Shown: positions 48,880 to 54,925 of the stretch, piece after piece | How positions within the stretch are numbered: the stretch's first letter is position 1 | Layout: every line of letters begins with the position of its first letter | NCBI GenBank assembly: GCA_026713145.1 | Contig: JAPOPA010000333.1 | Coordinates: 1-54,925, forward strand | Reading direction: 5' to 3' | Origin: Chloroflexota bacterium | Lineage (GTDB): Bacteria; Chloroflexota; Dehalococcoidia; Lucifugimonadales; VXLM01 | DNA: 54,925 nucleotides | Program-made: the position numbers and the translations under genes | Notes under the pieces: model-generated | Told to the model about the DNA's origin: nothing | The model's database searches: none | The model's input: only the letters and a program-made list of their open reading frames with translations

Positions 48880-49260
48880 ATGGCAATCGTATCCGGAGTG
48901 AACATTCCCGACAATAAGCGCGTCGAGATATCCCTTACGCGCATTTACGGAATCGGGCGCTGGCAGGCGAAGGATGTTGCAAGCAAGGCCGGCGTCGAGG
49001 GCAATCCCCGGGTCTCCGACCTGACCGAGGCCGAGCTTACACGCATTCGCGAGATCGTCGACCGCGAAAAACTGGTCGAGGGTGATCTTCGACGCGAGGT
49101 GACGGGCAACATTCGGCGGCTGATTGACATCGGCACGTATCGAGGCAACCGCCATCGGCGGGGACTCCCCGTGCGCGGTCAGCGCACCCACACAAACGCG
49201 CGCTCTAAGCGTGGGCGCCGGGTGCCGGTAGCCGGCAAGCGACAGATCAGCAAGAAGTAA
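48880..49260 (+). CDS. rpsM: 30S ribosomal protein S13
   Basis: [24 protein letters not shown]...[23 protein letters not shown]-like motifs. Confidence 0.97.
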   Translation: MAIVSGVNIPDNKRVEISLTRIYGIGRWQAKDVASKAGVEGNPRVSDLTEAELTRIREIVDREKLVEGDLRREVTGNIRRLIDIGTYRGNRHRRGLPVRGQRTHTNARSKRGRRVPVAGKRQISKK

Positions 49261-49290
49261 TAACAGACCCAACGATTCGAGAGGACTATC

Positions 49291-49680
49291 ATGCCGAGAG
49301 CGCCGAGAACACGAAGAAGGGAACGGAAGTCTGTCCCAGTGGGTCGGGCCTACGTCCAGTCGACCTACAATAACACCATCATCACGCTCACGGATCCTCA
49401 GGGCAACGTGATCGCCTGGAGCAGCGCAGGGTCGCTGGGGACGTTCCGCGGCTCCCGCAAGTCCACGGCATTCGCTGCCCAGCGGGCCGGAGAGGATGTC
49501 GCCCGCAAGGGCATGGATCACGGTATCCGGCAGGTTGAGGCTTTCATTCGAGGTCCCGGAGCCGGACGGGAGGCCGCCGTTAGGGCCCTGACCGCCGCGG
49601 GTATCCTCGTCACCAGCATTCGCGATGTAACGCCAATCCCTCACAACGGATGTAGGCCCCGCAAGCGCAGGCGCGTTTAA
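49291..49680 (+). CDS. rpsK: 30S ribosomal protein S11
   Basis: [44 protein letters not shown]...[18 protein letters not shown]. Confidence 0.97.
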   Translation: MPRAPRTRRRERKSVPVGRAYVQSTYNNTIITLTDPQGNVIAWSSAGSLGTFRGSRKSTAFAAQRAGEDVARKGMDHGIRQVEAFIRGPGAGREAAVRALTAAGILVTSIRDVTPIPHNGCRPRKRRRV

Positions 49681-49743
49681 CAACGACGGTCTAGACCACC
49701 GTCCAATCGCTACGGAAACGCAAGGAGAAACGGACAGACACAC

Positions 49744-50379
49744 ATGGCACGAAACACCGAAGCCGTATGCCGCCAGTGCCGACGCATTGGCGAAAAGCTC
49801 TTCCTCAAAGGCGACCGCTGCTACTCCCCCAAGTGCGGAGTCGAGCGACGCCGTCGCCCGCCTGGAGACCAGGGCACACGCCGTCCACGCCGGCCTACCG
49901 AATGGGCGCTCCAACTACGTGAAAAGCAGAAAGCGCGATTCACCTACGGCGTACTGGAGCGACAGTTCAAGAAGTACTTTGCCGATGCCCGCGAGAGCCA
50001 GGGTGTAACGGGCGACGTGCTCCTCCAACTGCTGGAACGGCGGCTCGACAATGTCGTCTATCGCCTGTCGTTCGCTGACTCCCGACCACAGGCAAGACAG
50101 ATCGTCAACCATGGCCATTTCAACGTCAATGGAAGGAAGGTCAGCATCCCGTCGTTTCGAGTTCGACCCGGTGACGTAGTAACTTGGCGCAGGGTGACCG
50201 ACGACACCACGCCCGGATTCGTGGATGCTCTTACGGACGGCATTCCGAAGCGGCCGGTCCCAACTTGGCTCAAGCTCGAACCCGGCACGCTTACGGGAGA
50301 GGTGCTGTCCCTGCCTGAGCCGACGGAGATAGACACTGGCATTGACGTGAGACTTATCGTGGAGTTCTACTCCAGGTAG
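49744..50379 (+). CDS. rpsD: 30S ribosomal protein S4 (zinc-ribbon type)
   Basis: CRQCRRIGEKLFLKGDRCYSPKC, S4 domain RLDNVVYRLSFADSRPQARQIVNHGHFNVNGR. Confidence 0.97.
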   Translation: MARNTEAVCRQCRRIGEKLFLKGDRCYSPKCGVERRRRPPGDQGTRRPRRPTEWALQLREKQKARFTYGVLERQFKKYFADARESQGVTGDVLLQLLERRLDNVVYRLSFADSRPQARQIVNHGHFNVNGRKVSIPSFRVRPGDVVTWRRVTDDTTPGFVDALTDGIPKRPVPTWLKLEPGTLTGEVLSLPEPTEIDTGIDVRLIVEFYSR

Positions 50380-50448
50380 TCCGACTCAGGACGCCAGTCG
50401 GGCCGAAATGAAACGCTCGGTGACGAACGAGAGGAGTAACTACGACTT

Positions 50449-51501
50449 ATGATAGATTTCCACACCTTCGCCGCCCCGGAGACCATGATTGAGGAGCCGG
50501 AGCCGGAACCCGTTCCGCTGATCACGGTCGACACCGAGGATGAGCGGTACGGCAAATTCGTCATCGAACCGTTGCCTCAGGGCTACGGCATGACACTCGG
50601 CAACCCACTCCGACGAGTCCTCTACAGCTCACTCAATGGTGCCGCCGTCACGTCTGTCAAGATTGAGGGAGTACTCCACGAGTACGCCACTATTGATCAC
50701 GTCAAGGAACAAGTGTCGGACATCCTGTTGAACATCAAGGGTGTCCGTCTACGTTCGCAGGTTGACCGACCTGGAAAGCTCCGCCTGGAAGTGGCAGGTC
50801 AGGGCGAAGTCTCCGCTGGTGACATCATGGCATCGTCCGATTTCGAAGTCGTTAACCCCGAATGGCATATAGCCACTCTCGATACCGACGAAGCCCGACT
50901 TTCGATTGAACTTAACGTTGAGCGGGGCATCGGATATTCCGAAGCCTCCGAGGGAGACGGTGTACCCATTGGTGTCCTGCCGGTCGACGCCATATTCACC
51001 CCCGTTCGGAAAGTGAACTACACCATCGAAGACACGCGCGTCGGCCAGCGCACCAATCTCGAACGGCTCCTCATCGAGATTTGGACGGACGGATCAATCT
51101 CGCCCTTGGAAGCTCTCCGCGATGCGGGGAACGTGCTGGTCGAGAAGTTCTTCCTGTTCGCTAATGCGCAAAAGGGTTCCGCCGACGGCCAACTGACTAC
51201 TCCGGTCGTGCTCACGCTGACGCCGGAGCAGTACAACACACCCGTGGAGAAGCTCGATCTTTCTTCGCGGACCCTCAACTGCCTCAAACGAGCAAGCATC
51301 GACAAGGTCGGACAGGTCCTCGAGATGAACAAGGCGGAGCTCTTGCAGATCAGAAACTTCGGCGAGAAGTCGCTCAGCGAGCTCTACGAGCGGCTCCGCA
51401 CATTCGACCTCCTCCCCCCGGAGCTCGACCCCGACATCCAGGAAGCACAGGAAGAGGCGGAAGAAACCGAAGAGTCGGAAACCGCCGACACGGAAAGCTA
51501 G
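50449..51501 (+). CDS. rpoA: DNA-directed RNA polymerase subunit alpha
   Basis: GKFVIEPLPQGYGMTLGNPLRRVLYSSL..., C-terminal domain LDLSSRTLNCLKRASIDKVGQVL, acidic tail. Confidence 0.97.
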   Translation: MIDFHTFAAPETMIEEPEPEPVPLITVDTEDERYGKFVIEPLPQGYGMTLGNPLRRVLYSSLNGAAVTSVKIEGVLHEYATIDHVKEQVSDILLNIKGVRLRSQVDRPGKLRLEVAGQGEVSAGDIMASSDFEVVNPEWHIATLDTDEARLSIELNVERGIGYSEASEGDGVPIGVLPVDAIFTPVRKVNYTIEDTRVGQRTNLERLLIEIWTDGSISPLEALRDAGNVLVEKFFLFANAQKGSADGQLTTPVVLTLTPEQYNTPVEKLDLSSRTLNCLKRASIDKVGQVLEMNKAELLQIRNFGEKSLSELYERLRTFDLLPPELDPDIQEAQEEAEETEESETADTES

Positions 51502-51513
51502 GGAGAATCGACC

Positions 51514-51867
51514 GTGAGACACAAAGTTGCAGGACGCAAGCTCGGTCGCGGCACCGCCCACCGTATGTTGATGCTGCGGGGACTCGTTACCGATCTGTTG
51601 CGTCACGAGTCCATACAGACAACCGAGCCGAAGGCCAAGGAGACCAAACGCCTCGCCGAGAAGGTCATCACGCGCGCCAAGAAAGGCACGCTTCACCAAA
51701 GGCGTCTGGCGGCCTCATTCCTCACCGACGAAAACGTCGTCGCCAAGCTCTTCGACGAGATCGGGCCCCGGTTCGACGATCGCCCTGGCGGCTACACGCG
51801 CATCATCAAGATGGGACCCCGCAAGGGCGACGCATCCCCGATGGCTCGCCTGGAGCTGGTGGAGTAG
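51514..51867 (+). CDS. rplQ: 50S ribosomal protein L17
   Basis: GTG start. [42 protein letters not shown]...GGYTRIIK. Confidence 0.96.
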   Translation: MRHKVAGRKLGRGTAHRMLMLRGLVTDLLRHESIQTTEPKAKETKRLAEKVITRAKKGTLHQRRLAASFLTDENVVAKLFDEIGPRFDDRPGGYTRIIKMGPRKGDASPMARLELVE

Positions 51868-51904
51868 GGGCCGAATACGGCTTAACTGGTGCGTAGGCAG
51901 TACG

Positions 51905-52669
51905 TTGAGGTACGCACTCATCGTCGAATATGACGGAACGCAATACAGTGGGTTCCAATTCCAAAGGAACGCACGAACGGTACAGGAGGAAATCGAAACA
52001 GCTATAGTTCGCTTTACCGGCGAGACCGTCCGAATCAAGGCCGCGGGACGCACCGATGCGGGCGTCCATGCCACGGGACAGGTGGTCACCTTCGATTCGG
52101 AAGCCGGTCACCCAGGCGAAGTCGTCGTCCGTGCGCTCAACAGCCACCTGCCGGAAGATATTGCCGTGAAGGAGGCTCATCGAGTCGCCGACACCTTCGA
52201 CCCACGACGGTGCGCCACCGCAAGGACGTACGTCTACACCATCGACTGTGGCTCAACGCGGTCACCGAACCGCAGACGGACGACCTTCTATCTGGGACGA
52301 TCCCTCGATGTTGGTCGGATGGTCGAGGCGGCCGCAAAGCTCAAGGGGGTGCACGACTTTTCCCGGTTCTCAGGACCCCTCGAACGGCCGGACGCAAGTA
52401 CCATCCGCGAAATACTCGCCATCGGCATAGAGGAAGATGGCCAGACCGTCCGAATAGAGGTGACCGGAAACGCGTTCCTCCCGCATCAGGTGCGACGAAT
52501 GGCGGGAGCGCTGGTGGACGTAGGACTGAGAAAGCTAACATGCGAGGATCTGCGCGGACTCTTGAAGGGCCCCGTTCCCGGAGTCATAGCACGCGCGCTG
52601 CCCCCCCAAGGGTTGTGTCTCGTTAGCGTCCAATACGAAGACTCTGATAAGCTATCTGAAGGAAAATAA
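51905..52669 (+). CDS. truA: tRNA pseudouridine(38-40) synthase
   Basis: TTG start. RYALIVEYDGTQYSGFQFQ...AAGRTDAGVHATGQVV (catalytic Asp motif). Confidence 0.93.
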   Translation: MRYALIVEYDGTQYSGFQFQRNARTVQEEIETAIVRFTGETVRIKAAGRTDAGVHATGQVVTFDSEAGHPGEVVVRALNSHLPEDIAVKEAHRVADTFDPRRCATARTYVYTIDCGSTRSPNRRRTTFYLGRSLDVGRMVEAAAKLKGVHDFSRFSGPLERPDASTIREILAIGIEEDGQTVRIEVTGNAFLPHQVRRMAGALVDVGLRKLTCEDLRGLLKGPVPGVIARALPPQGLCLVSVQYEDSDKLSEGK

Positions 52670-52672
52670 CAA

Positions 52673-53089
52673 ATGGCAACAGCAACAAATCCGAAAGCAG
52701 CTCCCGAGTGGCACGTAGTCGATGCCGAGGGCAAGACCCTCGGTCGCGTCAGTTCGGAAATATCCACAATGCTGATGGGCAAGCATAAGCCGGCATACGT
52801 GCCCTACCTCCACAGCGGCGACTTCGTGGTCGTCGTAAACGCGGAGAAGGTCGTGGTCACCGGCAAGAAGCTCGAACAGAAGATGTACTACCGCTATAGC
52901 GGATACCACGGCGGCCTCAAGGAACAGAACCTGGCAACTCTGTTGGATAAGAGACCCGGAGAAGCCATTACTCGTGCCGTCAAGGGGATGCTCCCCAAGA
53001 GCAGACTCGGAAAGCAGATGATCCGCCGCCTCAAGGTATACGGCGGCCCGGATCATCCCCACGAAGCACAGATCAACGCAAGCAAGTAG
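52673..53089 (+). CDS. rplM: 50S ribosomal protein L13
   Basis: WHVVDAEGKTLGRVSSEISTMLMGKHKP.YVPYLHSGDFVVVVNAEKVVVTGKK..Y.RYSGY.GGLK. Confidence 0.97.
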   Translation: MATATNPKAAPEWHVVDAEGKTLGRVSSEISTMLMGKHKPAYVPYLHSGDFVVVVNAEKVVVTGKKLEQKMYYRYSGYHGGLKEQNLATLLDKRPGEAITRAVKGMLPKSRLGKQMIRRLKVYGGPDHPHEAQINASK

Positions 53090-53155
53090 GTGCTATTGGT
53101 CTCTCGTCCTACGACTGAGAGAGATTAGAGGGCCCCTCACAGGAGGAAAACACAG

Positions 53156-53551
53156 GTGGTATCGCAGCAGTACTATTACGGGACGGGGCGTCGAAAGAGT
53201 TCCGTCGCGCGCGTCCGGCTCTACGTGGAGCGCGGACCGATCGTTGTGAACGGCAAACCTATGGAAGAGACGTATGGATGGAAATCTTGGCAGGACATCA
53301 TCAACTCGCCCCTTGAGGCCACGGACACATTGGGACAGGTAAGAGTCGTGGCAAAGGTTTCGGGAGGTGGTGTCGTAAGCCAGTCCGGTGCCCTCAAGCA
53401 CGGCATCTCCCGGGCCCTGCTGGAGATGGACCCCTCTCTCCGCGCGACCCTGAAGCGAGGCGGCTTCCTGACCCGTGATGCCCGCGAGAAGGAACGCAAG
53501 AAGTACGGCCTCCAGCGCGCCCGCAAGAAAGAGCAGTTCTCCAAGCGTTAG
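53156..53551 (+). CDS. rpsI: 30S ribosomal protein S9
   Basis: GTG start. YYGTGRRKSSVARVRL...GGGVVSQSGALKHGISRAL...GFLTRDAREKERKKYGLQRARKKEQFSKR. Confidence 0.97.
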   Translation: MVSQQYYYGTGRRKSSVARVRLYVERGPIVVNGKPMEETYGWKSWQDIINSPLEATDTLGQVRVVAKVSGGGVVSQSGALKHGISRALLEMDPSLRATLKRGGFLTRDAREKERKKYGLQRARKKEQFSKR

Positions 53552-53600
53552 ATAAGATATCCAAACTCCCGCCTAACTTGTGGCGGAACACAGGAAACCA

Positions 53601-53639
53601 AAGAGGCCCAGGGCATCCGCCCCGGGCCTCTTGCTTTTT
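53601..53639 (+). terminator. Rho-independent terminator closing the ribosomal-protein supercluster
   Basis: AAGAGGCCC-A-GGGC-atcc-GCCC-C-GGGCCTCTT (13 paired bases, one mismatch) followed by GCTTTTT. Confidence 0.8.
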
Positions 53640-53647
53640 GCCTTTGT

Positions 53648-53688
53648 CCATCCGTTCACCCTGAGCCTGTCGAAGGGTGAACGGATGG
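53648..53688. repeat. perfect 14-bp inverted repeat (possible terminator of the convergent minus-strand gene)
   Basis: CCATCCGTTCACCC (53648-53661) / GGGTGAACGGATGG (53675-53688), 13-nt loop. No clear T-tract on either strand. Confidence 0.45.
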
Positions 53689-53707
53689 TATGTTTCGGAT
53701 TCTCGGT

Positions 53708-54925
53708 CTACTGTGTCCAGTACTCGGGGTCGAGGAAGTGGACGCTCTTGTACTTCTGCGACCTGTTGCCCGGATTATTGAAGTTGTCCAAGCCGTCCTC
53801 GAAGTAGTACGCACCCAGGATTCCCTTCGCCTCCAGGGCGACGTGGTTCTTCGGCACGTTGCGCAGGTTGTTGCGCTTCATCGTCATGCCCCGGAAGATT
53901 CCCATGAATGCAAGTTGACCGATGTTGTACTTCTCTTCGGCCACGATCCGCCAGTACTCCTTGCCCAACTCGACGCGGGCCGGGTTGAGCACATCTCCCG
54001 TTTGGATGCCCGTTCGCCAGATGTCCTGCTGGCGCTTAACGTTGCCACTGATGTCGGCGGGGTACGTTCCGACCGGCGCCATGTTGCCGTAGGAGTCCAT
54101 ATACATCGGGTCTGGACCGGAGGGCGACATTCCGCTCTCCCCAAACGATGCCCAGTAGTTCCCCATACCTGCTCCCATCGGGCTGCTCGGTCCAGCAAAC
54201 GACCGTGTCCAAACCACCGTCCATTGGTTCATGGAATACAGGGAATAGTGCTGGTCGAAATAAAGTGTGGGTTCAGGAGTGTTGATTTTGCCGCCTGTGC
54301 TATCGGTAGCCGTCCTCATCTTGATGCCCAGCCTCTGCCAGTAGTCCGCTAGTACTTCTGCGTGAGGGTAGGTTAGTGAGTTGCTCGTTGAGAAGATCAT
54401 CTCCAGCGGGCCGGTCCCGTCCTTGCGGTCGAGGAACCCGTCCCCGTTGGCATCGGTGTACCCCATTTCCGCGAGAAGAGCCTTCGCGGCGTCGGGATCG
54501 TAATCTGTGTCGAGATCCGCGTATTCCTGCCCTGGGAAGTAAGCGGTTATCGGGTGGGGTACCCACTGCTGCGGCACACCGATCCCGCTTGCGACTACCT
54601 CGTTCAGTTTATCTCGATCTACTCCAATCGAGAGCGCCTTACGGAAGTCTTGCGTCCTTAGCAGCGCACCAATCTCGGGGTCCTCAGTGTACTCCTGGTT
54701 GATGATGGTGGAAGAGTCCGTCCCGGCTGGCGATCGGAAGATGTAGACGCTGTAGTCACCCTTCTCCATGTTCGCCATGTACAGGGGCAGTTCGCTGAGG
54801 ATCATCGAACCACCATAGTAGTCGTTCTCGCCGTTCATTCCCCTGAACGCGGCAACTGTACGATCCTCGGTTTGGATCAGGATCTGCTCGTCGATGTAGG
54901 GCATTTGGTTGCCCTCAGGGTCGAC
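53708..54925 (-). CDS. ABC transporter substrate-binding protein, family 5 (peptide/nickel/oligosaccharide type), C-terminal part (5' end outside the window)
   Basis: The minus frame stays open to the window edge beyond the track ATG at 54904. Content (..DFRKALSIGVDRDKL.., ..AKALLAEMGYTD.NGDGFLD.., Trp/Tyr-rich C-terminus) is typical of SBP_bac_5 proteins. Confidence 0.75.
   Translation of the reverse strand, partial: VDPEGNQMPYIDEQILIQTEDRTVAAFRGMNGENDYYGGSMILSELPLYMANMEKGDYSVYIFRSPAGTDSSTIINQEYTEDPEIGALLRTQDFRKALSIGVDRDKLNEVVASGIGVPQQWVPHPITAYFPGQEYADLDTDYDPDAAKALLAEMGYTDANGDGFLDRKDGTGPLEMIFSTSNSLTYPHAEVLADYWQRLGIKMRTATDSTGGKINTPEPTLYFDQHYSLYSMNQWTVVWTRSFAGPSSPMGAGMGNYWASFGESGMSPSGPDPMYMDSYGNMAPVGTYPADISGNVKRQQDIWRTGIQTGDVLNPARVELGKEYWRIVAEEKYNIGQLAFMGIFRGMTMKRNNLRNVPKNHVALEAKGILGAYYFEDGLDNFNNPGNRSQKYKSVHFLDPEYWTQ

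Noticed and set aside
48742-49914. 390-aa minus-strand ORF across rpmJ-rpsM-rpsK-rpsD. Similar long antisense ORFs occur at 23214..24404, 36001..36708, 46888..47628, 28597..29187, 51094..51699 and 53690..54352
   Set aside because: All lie opposite genes with clear family motifs, and their translations are low-complexity Arg/Gly/Pro-rich. This is a typical GC-rich antisense artefact.
1-54925. Search for tRNA/rRNA genes, CRISPR arrays, IS elements and toxin-antitoxin pairs
   Set aside because: I found no T-loop/acceptor-stem signatures, no regularly spaced direct repeats outside coding repeats, and no transposase or integrase-like ORFs. Absence is judged by eye only; tRNAscan, Infernal and ISfinder would be decisive.

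Overview
GC-rich bacterial chromosomal window of 54.9 kb with no rRNA, tRNA, CRISPR array, transposase or integrase that I could recognise. The right half (about 32.5-53.6 kb) is one uninterrupted plus-strand ribosomal-protein supercluster. Its order is rpsL-rpsG-fusA, then S10/spc/alpha genes (rpsJ to rplQ, including secY-adk-map-infA-rpmJ-rpsM-rpsK-rpsD-rpoA), then truA-rplM-rpsI. It opens with a perfect TTGACA-17-TATAAT promoter and closes with a strong intrinsic terminator. The truA-rplM-rpsI placement resembles Gram-positive/Chloroflexota-type layouts, but that taxonomic guess is inference only. The cluster has three oddities: no tuf after fusA, no S14 gene between rplE and rpsH, and an S17 carrying a roughly 190-residue hyper-acidic C-terminal tail. 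The left half holds housekeeping and accessory genes. These include radC, a beta-propeller hydrolase-like protein, a Gfo/Idh/MocA oxidoreductase, a small-protein/FIST/PHP operon, thpR, uppP, cvpA, an HNH nuclease and lexA with a Cheo-like box. They also include rpsT, an IscA/ErpA-type protein, a bacterial collagen-like protein, pxpABC, a YqaA-like protein, an Fe(III)-type ABC importer and an MsbA-like exporter. The remainder is an NAD-kinase-like protein, two serine hydrolases, prs, a PhyH-family dioxygenase and a plant-type LRR lipoprotein. The best lead is a DUF3179-family gene (17323..18474, minus). Its only interruption is an in-frame TGA sitting where I recall the family's first CPLC cysteine to be. 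A perfect 8-bp hairpin with a GGU apical loop follows at SECIS-like spacing, which suggests a candidate U-x-x-C selenoprotein. All functional calls rest on reading the translated ORFs and on remembered family motifs; no searches were run.
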